The notes under the pieces are model-generated. The model was not told where the DNA came from. It did not search any database and saw only the letters and a list, made by a program, of their open reading frames with translations. Source: Octopus sinensis (lineage: Eukaryota). From it: DNA of 64,000 nucleotides. The stretch covers positions 98,952,001-99,016,000 of the forward strand of contig NC_042999.1 in assembly GCF_006345805.1 (NCBI RefSeq), read 5' to 3'. Positions 40,301 to 52,309 of this stretch are shown one piece after another. Numbering within the stretch: position 1 is the stretch's first letter; each line of letters begins with the position of its first letter. A program made the position numbers and the translations under genes.

Positions 40301-41400
40301 CGTTGCTGGAACCATAACCATAGCCTCCATGTACGCCATGGAAGCCCCCAGCATATCGTCCAACATGCCCATTGAAGTCACCAGCCACGAATTGAACGTC
40401 CCTGTCGTTCGTCAATGAGGTGGTCTGCAGTAGGGTGTCATAGAAACGGTCTTTCTGTCCATCGAGTAGCCCTGGCTAGGGGCATAGGCCGATATAATAG
40501 TTGCTAAACTATGATGGAGCACTAATCTAATCTTAAGTATTCTGTCACATACTCTGACTACCTCGATTACCTTATCTACCCATTTTTCGGCGATAAGTAT
40601 ACCCACACCCCTGACCCCATCAGTATTCCCAGCCCAGAAAATCTTGTACCTCTGCCCCTTTGCCTGTGAGGAACCTAGCAGAACCTCCTCTCCACCTCAC
40701 TTCTTGAATACAGCATATATCGACACACCTCCGTTCAAGCAATTCAACGATCTCTCCAGATCTGCCTTTCAGTGTGCCAATGTTGAGGATGCCAACCCTG
40801 AGGGTGTGGGAGGTATTGGCCCTAGTAGCGTCATGAACCTGAAAAGAAAACTCGCGTTTGGCAGGATCCATAGACAAACAATAAAACTCAAGTCCAAACC
40901 ACGTACACTACACTAACATATCTTGCAATGAATGACCACTACCTTTTATGGAAGGAGGTGGGGGTGGCGTAAGACTTTGAAGTGTACATGGGAGACAACA
41001 GGATGAGAAAGTTTAGGACTTCCTGTACAGGTGGAGGGGGTGGGAGGGCGGGTGCACCGCGAAAACTAGCAGCCATGTACGCCATTCCTTTCTTGGAAAG
41101 GAATACTTACTTATTTGTAGGTATAAAATACCTAAATTTGAGAGAGAGATATTTTGCAGATTACGTGAGCTAAATTTATCTTAGCGATAAGGAGCTATAA
41201 AATTATAAATATATTTATTCTATATTTAACGAGACGTGAGGCTGGTCGATAAAATTAGGGGGCGAGCTATAGGATTATATATATATTTAACACAAGACAT
41301 GAGACACCAATATATAGAGATGAACTATAGAATTATATATATATATAACACGAGGCGTGAGGCTGAAATAGACAAAGTCATAATATAATAGAGATAAACA
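37335..41400 (-). mobile_element. Near full-length RTE-clade LINE (APE endonuclease + reverse transcriptase), disabled by frameshifts and a stop
   Basis: Successive minus ORFs 40877-40620, 40606-40412, 40415-39948, 39975-39709, 39708-39229, 39174-38089 and 38085-37816 carry APE motifs (ILNIGTLKG, AGDFNGHVG, SQIDYIL, QHRLVV) and RT motifs (QFGFVPGKST, DMEKAFDRVP, GVHQGSVLS, FYADD, FRYLG, GRGRPRKIW). The 3' UTR ends in (ATG)n at about 37335. The 5' boundary is uncertain (40.9-41.4 kb) and no TSD was found. Confidence 0.95.
38089..39174 (-). pseudogene. Reverse transcriptase core of the RTE LINE (361-aa open segment)
   Basis: Contains RT domains including YADD (WELFYADDLALIAES). It is part of a single APE-RT ORF that is broken upstream and downstream. 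Confidence 0.93.
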
Positions 41401-41579
41401 GGGGTAACTAAAGATCAATCAATTGCACAGAAATATTTCTGGTAGGTACGGGCTGATGTGTTAATTGCTAGGAGTTTTATGGTGACATTTTGAGCTTCAG
41501 TGGATCAGTCACATTATTGTAGCCTAAAGTATATAATCCCAGTGTAATGCAAAGGTTGTCATCAAGGATATAAACAGCA

Positions 41580-43780
41580 ACTTCATCTAGAATGCTGCAG
41601 AGATTGGAAGATAGTGGACAGAGCATACCTGAGATTTATAAAAGGGAAAGACAAACACTGATAGGAAAATCATTGACCTCATAAAGCAGAAGCTAACTTA
41701 AAAAGAACATAGTGATGCCAACAGTGAGGAAATTCATACAAGCCTTTCACTAATTCAGAGAAAGCTTAGCAGCAGGCCCTAGCAACCTCTTAACCAGACA
41801 GATGAAAAGTGGCGGAGTTACCAGTGATTTAAAATCTCTTATCAATATGATGGAAGATAATGTATCTCAGGATTTCAAGAATGCGACTATACTGCACAAA
41901 AGGGAAGCACACATGACAGTAAAAGCTATCAATGAATGGTATTCTTACAGGTAGTTCATAAGATTCTCACCAGAATTGCATTCTCTTCACCAGAGTTTCA
42001 AACATGTTTTTAACTATCAGTTCCTTTCTTTTATTAACAATTTTTCAAAACCTTCTGGCTATAAAAATTAAATACAACAAAAGCCCAGAGCTGATTGTCA
42101 CTCTGTTAAATTCAGTTTCAAACACTTGCAGACCCTCCTCCAAATGGCTAACAATGGTCAAATCATCGACATAAAGCAATCTCTACACTGTAATCATTTA
42201 AAGCATTGATTTAAAGCTTCAATAAAAGTTAAATACAACACATGTGCATATTCATATATGAGCACATAAAAGTCATGAGGTGAACTAATGCTACACTGAT
42301 AGAGGCCATTGCTATTGTATCTAAGGAAATACTCATAATTATGACAATATCTTTTAAATTAAATTATATTTCCGTTTATTGTTTTATACGGTTTATCATT
42401 TCCATCATCATCCACATCGTTTTAATGCCTGCTTTTCTGTACTTGAATGGGTCAGATGTGAGAATATTGAAGCAGAGTTTTATTTATTTACTTATTCACA
42501 TTTTGAAGTTTATTATTATTATTGTTGTTGATGTTGTTGTTGTGACTGTGTCTAACAAGCAGTTTGTCATATTATTACTAATAGTTTTACTTTAAAAGTT
42601 AATATTTAAATTAGAAACAAAAACTGAAAGACAAAAAGCAAAAAAAAAAAAAAACTCTATAAATGCATCTGTATAAATGCCATCTCCTATGCTCTGTTCA
42701 ACTCCAGAAAATTTTCCATCAACCCCAAAGGGCAGCCATGCACTAGACTGATAATCCTCACAGAAAACAACTACAATTTACCTGAACTGGAATGTAGCTT
42801 TCAATTTGGAAGACGTACCATATCTTCACCATGTGATAGTTAAATATGAGAAATGTAAAATGCCTAATGCACCACTCTACTTCATTCTCATCAACCATAC
42901 AAAGGTATTTGGTGCCATAAATCTGTGATAAGGAAGATGGTAATATTTGCAATACTTAATATTCTAACAAACTGCAACATAATAAAGCAACAACCCCCAT
43001 TCTAATGTATTAGTTGAGTACTAATACTTTCCATACAGATACTCGTGTGAAACAGAGATGTTTATAACATCTGTCTTCTTGTGCTTCAATGTTTATCAAG
43101 TTGCATGCTTGATGAATGGTTCAGGAGCACCCAAGAATGCCTCCATTTCATATTCCATATGGAGAGTAAGTTGATCAACAAAAGAAGACTTAGAAACAAA
43201 TCAATGCTTTAAATGATTACAGTGTAGAGATTACTTTAGGTCGATGATTTGACCATTGTTAGCCATTTGGAGGAGGGTCTGCCAGTGTTTGAAACTGAAT
43301 TTAACAGAGTGACAATCAGCTCTGGGCTTTTGATCCAATAGCAGACATTAATTTAGGAAACCCATTACAACATTAACTGTTATCATCAGTGGCTTTGTAC
43401 TGCAATTCATCGAATATGACAAATACTTGGGAATTTACATCTCAAATAGCATCTCAGTAGACAAGAAAATAGAATAGACTGGGCAGAGCCAATCTGATTT
43501 AATTACAATTCATTGTGAAAAGAAAAAGCTTTGACGATAAGGATCTCTCCATCAGAGTCAAACTGGCTGTGTACAAAATGTCATAGTTATGATACCTTCT
43601 GTCACCATTGTTGTGTAACTTGTACTTTCTGCATTGTGTTACACTATGCAGGAAGTATGGAACACAACTTGAAACTTTCCATTGAAGATGATTACAGTAT
43701 GAACTAAGGAGTATTGATAACATAGTAACCAGGGCACAAATGAGATGGTTTGAACACTTTATGCTCATGTCTAATGCATG
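41580..43780 (+). mobile_element. Old RTE LINE with internal inversion/duplication and insertions
   Basis: AAGPSNLL...SQDFKNATILHK (about 41770-41900,+); YVDD segment at 42079-42212 (-) and again at 43198-43331 (+); KYLGIYIS and KLAVYK (43420-43570,+). Confidence 0.7.
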
Positions 43781-44459
43781 ACTTCTGAAGGCAGTCTTTC
43801 AGTATTAGTATGTGTGTGTGTGTGTGTGTGTGTGCATGCGTGTGTGTGTGTCTGATAAGTATGATTCTATGTATATTGCTATCAGAGGAATTGCTGCTAT
43901 TTCCAGCTCACAGGTGTACCATTGACAAGGTCATAGAAGGCCAAAATCTTGTGATGTAGTAGCCCCAGTGGCAGCAATGGTGATTGATTATATCCCACTA
44001 GCAATGTAAACAAGAGTGCTTATATGCACCACAAATCCATGGTAACTATCGCAATATTCTGTGTTCTAACACAACACCATCTTTAAGTGGTGATAAATAT
44101 TATCTTTTGTTATTGTTACTGCTTCTGTCACAATTATGTGCATGTGTGTCTGTGGGAGGGCGGTTGTGGAGGCATGTGGTTTAGTGGTTAGGGTGTTGTA
44201 TCCATGATTGTAGGACTGGTTTCGATTCCTGGACCAGGTGATGTGTTGTATTCATGAGCAAAAATGTTTACTTTCTTGTTGCTCCAGTTCACTCAGCTTG
44301 GCAAAAATGAATAATCCTTTGAGGGATAAGAGTCATATCTAGGGGTGGAGGAAATATACATGTCATAAGATGTAAGAAACTGACCTCATGAGTCTATGAC
44401 TTGAGAAGGCCCTTTGATCTTTTACTTCATTTATATACATATATGCGTATATATATATA

Positions 44460-44514
<55 letters not shown>

Positions 44515-44516
<2 letters not shown>

Positions 44517-44908
44517 TCTTTTATCTCTTTTACTCTTTTACTTGTTTCATTTGTGGCCATGCTGGAGAACCGCCTTTCAGTCGAGCAAATCGAACCGAGG
44601 ACTTATTCTTTGTAAGCCTAGTACTTGTTCTATCGGTCTCTTTTGCCGAACCACTAAGTTACGGGGATGTAAGCATACCAGCATCAGTTGTTAAGCGATG
44701 TTGGGGGGACAAACACCAACACACACACATATATATACATATATACAACGGATTTCTTTCAGTTTCCATCTACCAAACCCACTCACAAGGCTTTGGTTGG
44801 CCTGAGGCTATAGTAGAAGACACTTGCCCAAGGTGCCATGCAGTGGGACTGAACCCAGAACCATGTGGTTTGTAAGCAAGCTACTTACCACACAGCCACT
44901 TCTATGCT
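44515..44908 (-). mobile_element. SINE family A
   Basis: Reverse copy. Confidence 0.9.
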
Positions 44909-45008
44909 TATATATATATATAGGGGTCTTTCAAAATGTGACCTTGTGTGTACCGTTGGCGATTTTTTTCCCTCTGTCTTCCCTTCTCTCGATCTTTTCT
45001 TCTCCTAT

Positions 45009-45043
45009 GTTTCTAATAAAGAGCTCCGCTCGAAACGTTAAAC
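45009..45043 (+). ncRNA. Degenerate minimal hammerhead motif in a Penelope-like fragment (about 44910-45130)
   Basis: GTTT CTAATAA A GAGC tcc GCTC GAAA CG TT AAAC: all stems are perfect, but CTGATGA carries two G>A changes. Confidence 0.6.
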
Positions 45044-45130
45044 CCTCCTTCTTTCCTGAGCGTCCAATAATACTATATTTGTTCAACGTCCTCGCGTTGT
45101 TGTGTTTTTTTGTGCTTTCTTGTTTGGATT

Positions 45131-45261
45131 AACCAACCACATGGTTCTGGGTTCAGTCCCACTGCATGGCATCTTGGGCAAGTGTCTTCTGCTATAGCTC
45201 CGGGCCGACCAATGCCTTGTGAGTGGATTTGGTAGACGGAAACTGAAAGAAGCCTGTCGTA

Positions 45262-45316
<55 letters not shown>

Positions 45317-45514
45317 ATGTGTGTGTGTATGTCTGTGTTTGTCCCCCTAGCATTGCTTGACAACTGATGCTGGTGTGTTTAAGTCCCCGCCACTTAGCGG
45401 TTTGGCAAAAGAGACTGAAAGAATAAGTCCCGGGGTCGATTTGCTTGACTAAAGGCGGTGCTCCAGCATGGCCGCAGTCAAATGACTGAAACAAGTAAAA
45501 GATAAAAGATAAAA
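45131..45514 (+). mobile_element. SINE family A (5'-clipped)
   Basis: Forward copy, inverted relative to 44515-44908. Confidence 0.9.
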
Positions 45515-45535
45515 TATATATATATATATATATAT

Positions 45536-45566
<31 letters not shown>

Positions 45567-46056
45567 AGATGAATAAGAATAAATAATATAGATTTCAAGT
45601 TAGATTGGTTCATACTGTCTGTATCCTTTTCTTTTGATAAGGGCAGGAGATTTTGTAACATTTGCAACTCTGAGCTCTTCCATATCCTCTTCTCTAAGGT
45701 TCCCCTTGTAAACACACTCATAGAGAAATCCTATAAATGTAAGCACTGGCAGAAACATACTTTTTACTCTTACAAATGATTACGATAGGCATCGTGCTTT
45801 GAACAATTAGCTTAACATACACTCCACTTCAATAGTGAAATTCTTTCCTAAGCCTTTGAACATTCTTAATCAACATAACCTTCCCTTTCCACTGGTTCCC
45901 TACCTACCATTCCTTTAACCCTTCTCTTCCTACTATCTAACTTTGACGTCAAATCTTCTAACGGTTTTTTAAAAAAATCACTTATTGTCGTTTTGTTTAC
46001 CATGTAGGCAGTCATCGAAATTTTTGTTTGTCTTGTTGCTGAGAGAGGCTCCCTTT

Positions 46057-46138
46057 CTTTCCTGATGAGAAGATTGCATCATACACCCTTTATTCCTTTG
46101 GAATGAAACCATGTGGTCTTCGAAACATATGTCGAGAG
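46057..46138 (+). ncRNA. Minimal type-I hammerhead ribozyme motif with intact core, Penelope-like context
   Basis: Stem I CTTTC/GAGAG; CTGATGA at 46062-46068; 11-bp stem II GAAGATTGCAT/ATGTGGTCTTC with an internal ATTCC-ttt-GGAAT hairpin; GAAA at 46122-46125; palindromic ACATATGT stem III; GTC cleavage triplet ending at 46133. Confidence 0.8.
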
Positions 46139-46346
46139 TAAAAGAATTTTGTTAACATCTTCGTTCGACTCCATTCTTTCATTTATTCATATACAACACA
46201 CAAATTTCTGCAAATGAACCCGGAGTTTCTACCCTTGGACAGGTCGCTTCAACTGTGTTTCTGATTTGCAACCAATTTGCTACCCTGGTATCGGTTCAAC
46301 GAATTTTCCATGCTGACGATAAACATAGGATAATTCACTCACCTAT

Positions 46347-46383
<37 letters not shown>

Positions 46384-46988
46384 TATGTGCATATATATGT
46401 ATATATATGTGTGTGTATGTGAAAGTATGAGTGAGTAATGTTACATACAACTTATAACATAAATTAAAAAATGCTGAGAGAAGGTTGAGAAGAAAAGTAC
46501 AAATGAACTTGAAATTTCTTATTAGAGAAATATGCTTTTGTACTTTTCACATAGCAATCAAAAGGAACAGACGTTTTGATATCAACAGTAAATTTTTGGT
46601 TTTGTTTGTATGGGTTTATTATCATATTTGTTTATATACATATTTTCTTAGAACTCATATCAGTGTTTTTTTATATCTTAAAAAGAAATATTTTAGGCCA
46701 CAAAAAATTAAAAATCTTGCTCTTTCATAAAGCTAGTTTTGTTGAGTGACATGCTTTAGAAGTGTATAGATATTGTCGAATGGACAAGTAAAGAAATTTG
46801 GTCATAAATCAAATGATTTAGTAAGTCACCATTTTCTGTAATAATGTATATAATATAATTTTTTTTAGATATTACTAAATGCCTCATAAATACCACTTAT
46901 TCATCAAAACTTCCTGGATTTCTTGAAATTTTAGAATCTATAAAATACCATGATGCTAAACAGAATTTTTGCTTTTGTTATTTTTCAG

Positions 46989-47039
46989 GTCAAGATCTAA
47001 TTAGTTGGATGATGAGAAATTTAGATGTGGATGATCAAG
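46989..47039 (+). CDS. RGS7: Internal coding exon (51 nt, phase 1/1) of an R7-family regulator of G-protein signalling (egl-10/RGS6/RGS7-like), DEP domain
   Basis: Polypyrimidine tract plus ttttcAG acceptor and G|GTATGC donor. Translation (G)QDLISWMMRNLDVDDQ matches, from recall, the DEP helix of EGL-10 (TGQDLIGWIMKNL) and RGS7 (SGSDIVQWLIKNL). The length is a multiple of 3. Flanking exons were not found in the window, so the paralogue assignment is tentative. Confidence 0.8.
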
Positions 47040-48799
47040 GTATGCATCTTATTTCTTTCATTACAGTAAAGTCATTTACCATATATTTATTGAACGAGAT
47101 TTTTTCATGTACATTAATAAGAATGAATATAAAAGCTATAACTTTTCAAGTAAATGATATAGGTAATGAAAAGTTTAAGAACCAGTGATTTAAAAAAAAA
47201 ATAACTTCAGCATTCAAATTGATAACTTTTGTCTGTGTATAGTCTTGACTTCTAGATATAAAAGAAGATTTGGATTCCTAGATATGAAAACAGTTTTCCA
47301 CAAAGAAGCTTTTGAATTTGTGAAAATATCAGCTACTTGTCGGGACTTAGATTTTGGTTTGCTCTATTCAAAGAGAATGTATGTCTTCTTTTCATGATAA
47401 AATTCTAGCTATGCTGAGGCTATGGAATTTTTAAGGTAGCTTACTGCTTAGTGATACTGTGTGTAATCTAATGTAGATAATTCTTGCATCTGGGAAGGAT
47501 TCATATGGATTGTGAACACAATAAATTTCTTTCAGATAAATAACATTAGTGGATAATTAATTTCTGTATGTAAGTGAATATATATTTATAACTACATATG
47601 CACATATTGCTGGCTCCAATCCAACTTCATATAAAATATCCAGCTTCACTTAAGTCTTTCCATGTTGTTCTATTCACTTTGTATTTCCTTTTCATTCTTT
47701 CTCAACTTTCAACATTTCAAGCTGAATATCAGATATCATTCTCAAAATACTCTGGAGAATTCTATGCACAAACCTTCCTCATTCCAGCTTGCTCATAGCC
47801 AACATCTGTAAACTGATGTCTTCGGTATCTGATCAGTATCCTGTATGTTAACAGCTTGTATTCCATTAGAATTTATTGCTAATTATTATTAAATAGGAAG
47901 CTGGGTTGTATCTCTTAAGATAATATTTCTACAATCATATCAATAGATCTCACTTAAAAAGCAAAACTCCATTTTTGTCATTAAGGCATCTATAGATTGA
48001 TGGATGATGTATCACAATTATTGGCAGAAACAGAAGAGTACCAGGCAAAATAAATACCTTGCAGTATTTAGTTGCATTCCTTTTGTTTCTGGGTTCAAAT
48101 TCTATATCAGAATTGATTTTATCTATCATCTTTTCAATGCTAATAAAATAAGTACTGTATTAGTGATAAAATGAGGTTGGTTCTAGTTAGGTATACTCTT
48201 CACTACACACACTGGCTTTGTGCCAAAGTTTGAAATAATCAAGGCATCATTTTAATAGCTTTATTTCTTCAGATACTATGTGGAATTTTCCTCCAGTTAC
48301 AAACCCCAGAAAATCTATCAATGGTGAAGGGTACCATAAAAATGACTCCTATTAAATAATTATTTATTTAATTGTTACAGGTGGTGTTTAGCCTATGATT
48401 ATCCGTTTATTTTTTTTATATATCTAGGCCAACATTTTCTAATATGTCTTTCAGTTTTATAAGAGACGAGGGTCTGAATTGAGGGAAATTTGGTTGCTAT
48501 TTCTCCCAGAGTGAGATAGTCATAGAGGTTTCATCATTAACTTATATATTTCCATCACTCATGAATGTGGTCCTGAGATACTTAAACAAATCCACTTTTC
48601 TCAGTGATGTTCCACTAACATGTAAAGTATACTGGGAAGACTACTGTGAGGACCAATGTCTCAGTGTTTGCAAAACTATCAGGTGTGATGCCAATTATGT
48701 ATGTAGAGGTGGGAGTGGAGATACCCCCTCTCCAACTGTCAGATTTTGTTATGGAGTGGATCCCACAAGGTGTGAAGGTTTGCTTCCTAAAGATTAGGT

Positions 48800-49720
48800 T
48801 GAAAGAAGGACCACTGTAGCTGTTGGCAAGTATAGACACCAAACAACAAATCCAAATACAAATCCTTTCTTGGTGTCACTGTAGCTTTAAACATAGTTAA
48901 GACTGAGCCATTTGTCCTACAAAGGGGGTTTCAATATATATGTTGGCACTGTTTTCTGAACATGGAAAGAGGTAATTGGGAGAAATGGTGACCCTGAATA
49001 CAATGCAAATGGAAAGGCTTTACTAGACTTTTGTGCTGGAAATGGGATCTTATTATGAATGCAGTCTTTCAGCACCAGGATATCCATAAGTATACATTGT
49101 TTCGGGAAAGAGATTATTGCTAGATTTTGTTATTTTGTCTGATATCTTTGATTCTGTGCTGGATGTTCATGTAATGACTGGGCTGGCGCTATCAACTGAT
49201 CACCACCCAATTGTCTACAGCAGAAAGAACTTGCATAACTCGTAAGTCCAGTTACATGATAAAGTGGGAAGTCCTGTTGGATGATAGGATCAGAAATAAA
49301 TATGTGGACATTATAGCTTCCATATTTGGCGATCTTTCTGAACAAACTGAGAATTTTTAAATGGGGCAGAAATTGTTTTGTTCAGTAGCTTATTTTTTGG
49401 CTGAACAATGCTCTTGATGAAAGTACCTTGTTTGGTGCCAGGTGATAAAGAACACCATGGTTTGGCCAGGAAGTTCAAAATGCAGTCCGAGCAAAGAAGA
49501 AAGTTTACAATGCTTGGCTTGGAAACAAATATCCTTTTAAGGTGGTACACTGAACTGTAAAAAGTTACTGTAGAGACAGTTAAAACTTCCAAGACTAAGT
49601 TATGGGAGCACTTTGAGGGCTAAACTGGACTTTAGCCCTAGATTGGCCTGTAAAGTATTCTGGCAGACCATCTTCTAAACAAGAGCTTTCTTCCACATCT
49701 GCCATGAAGGACTCAGCCAA
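48800..49720 (+). mobile_element. RTE-clade LINE endonuclease fragment (different subfamily)
   Basis: GxFNIYVG...WKEVIGRNGDPEYNANGKALLDFCAGN, then PWFGQEVQNAVRAKKKVYNAW...KTKLWEHF. Confidence 0.8.
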
Positions 49721-50735
49721 TGTATGTGTGTCATGTATATATGATGCAGAAGTAGCTGTGTTGTAAGTAGCTTGCTTATCAACCACATGGTTCCAGGTTC
49801 TGTCCCACTACGTCGCACCTTGGGCAAGTGTGTTCTACTATAGCCTCAGGCTAACCAAAGTTGTGATAAAGATTGAATTAAAATCATGATTGTCTACATA
49901 TATATACACACATGTAATATGTATATATACACACACACACATGTAATATGTATATGTGCATGGGTCCAGGAACAGGAGGTGCAGGTGGTGCCAGCGCACC
50001 CACTAGAATTTTTGTGGAGTGCAGAACCAAAATTTGCAGCCCTACTTATTTTCCTCAGGTTTAGAAAATGGTAAATAAAAAGCGATGTGTAAAAAGTAGC
50101 TTGAAGTTAGGTTCCTTCTCAAAGATCAAAACACAAAGATAAATAGCAGAAAAAAAGAATGAGCTTGTTTGTAAATATTTTTTGCACCCCCTAAGCAAAT
50201 TTCATTCCTGAGCCAGTGTATATGTATATATATATATAAACCCCCCTCCCCAATGGTAAATCTAAATAACAAAGTAAATTCAGTGATAAGAAATCTGCCC
50301 ATGTGTAAAGATCATTTACTACCATGTTTCTATTGATGAGATTCACCTCTCTCTATATATAACTACCCTCTTTGTAATGTTGGAAAATGGAATAAGTATA
50401 AAAATGAATATTGTCAATTTAATTTTAAAAATTCCATATGTGGCTGAAGATTGTTCTACATTTTAAAACCGATGTAATACTTACATTGTTTAATTAAATG
50501 AAGTAGCATGAAACGATTGTACTACACTACCTTTGGATATCCTTGTTGCTTATTTTGATTATTTATATATATATCATCATCATCATCATCATCATCATTT
50601 AGCGTCCGTTTTCCATGCTAGCATAGGTTGGACGGTTCAACTGGGGTCTGTGAAGCCTGAAGGCTTCATCAGGCCCAGTCAGATCTGGCAGTGTTTCTAC
50701 GGCTGGATGCCCTTCCTAACGCCAACCAAGTGTAG

Positions 50736-51061
50736 TGGGTGCTTTTTACGTGCCACCCACACAGGTGCCAGACAGAGCTGGCAAATGGCCACGAACGGAT
50801 GGTGCTTTTACGTGCCACCGGCATGGGGGCCAGGCGAGGCTGGCGACGGACACGAGCGGATGGTGCTTTTACGTGCCACCAGCACAGGGGCCAGGCGAGG
50901 CTGGCAACGGACACAAACGGATGGTGCTTTTACGTGCCACCGGCACGGGGGCCAGGCGAGGCTGGCAACGGACACGAGCGGATGGTGCTTTTACATGCCA
51001 CCAGCACGGGGGCCAGGCAAGGCTGGCAATGGACATGAACGGATGGTGCTTTTTACGTGCC
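50736..51061. repeat. 61-bp minisatellite (about 5 copies) inside an RTE 3' UTR fragment
   Basis: ggatggtgcttttacgtgccacc.. recurs at 50797, 50858, 50919, 50980 and 51041. Confidence 0.95.
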
Positions 51062-52189
51062 AAGGTTATGTATGTATTACTTTGTAGGAAATAAGTCAGG
51101 GTTGAGAACAGGAAGGGATTCCAGGTGTAGAAAGTCTACCTGAGTGAATTTATCTGAGTCAACTAAGGAGGGACATGCAAACATTGATAAACAAGAGTGA
51201 GTCAAACGGTAATACAAATAAAAATGGCATTACTTTCTGACTCCTGTCTTATGTATTAGTCATATATATGTGTGTGTTTGTGTGATAATGTAGTAGGATC
51301 AGTCAAGTGATCTTGGTGAAAGTAGTTGGTTAGTCTTTAGCATAAGCAAAGCTTGTATAGAAAATGCAAAAGACTTGATCAACAAAGTTTATTAATCATT
51401 AAATCAAATACACTTTGTCCCATATCAAGATTAGCCTGAAAATTTCATTAAGATGGCATATTCTATACAGCTCCAGCTCAAAAGCAACAAATGTTGCTTA
51501 TTATGTGATGATAATTGAGTCTGTAGATAAGAGAAACGGAAAAAAAATTATTCAAGTACCCCAGCTGCTTCAAAGAGGTTACTGGGTGCATATTATGTAA
51601 CTTTATTTGGTCCTTTTTTTCTTCTTTCCCATTCTCTTTCTTCCCCCTCCCCTAAGAGCTTTTAACTGCACACGTAATTTTTCCTAAGTAATAGACATCC
51701 CACTTTTTTGTGCACTATCCTCCCCTCATTGCTGCCAGTTAAAAGTTTATCAGATTAGAATTTCTTGTTGCCACATCACAAATTTGAATACACGGCTAAT
51801 GAAATGAAACCACTCTACAATCTATCTCACTAAGGTAGTCAGTGAGTAGGGCATGCCATTGGCTCTTTACCAACTCTGCTTTCTACTCTCCTTTTTCAGT
51901 TCTTAAAATGTACATCTCTCTCTTTTTTTTTTTATTTGCATTATGTATTAAAGCAAAAAATTTTCAACTGAATGGCAGCATGTATCTAATGAAAAGGGAC
52001 ACTGGATAGCTATGAAATATTCATAATGATGCATAATATGCAATTGGTGACCTCTTTGAAACAGCTATAGTACTTGACTACTTTTTCCATTCCTTATATC
52101 TACAGACATATAAATACATACACACACACACACATGTATATGCATATATATGTGTGTGTGTGTGTATATGAAGAAATGTATATATATAT

Positions 52190-52237
<48 letters not shown>

Positions 52238-52248
52238 TACACACATAC

Positions 52249-52292
<44 letters not shown>

Positions 52293-52309
52293 CCTCCTCC
52301 TCCTCCTTT

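Noticed and set aside
45640-45760. CNIC...EKSYKCKH zinc-finger-like peptide
   Set aside because: It lacks the paired His ligands, has stops nearby and no splice signals; it is probably TE debris or chance.
50533-51087. 184-aa ORF with internal repeats; CRISPR-like regularity
   Set aside because: It is a 61-bp minisatellite in an RTE 3' UTR. There are no unique spacers and no cas genes, and the context is eukaryotic.
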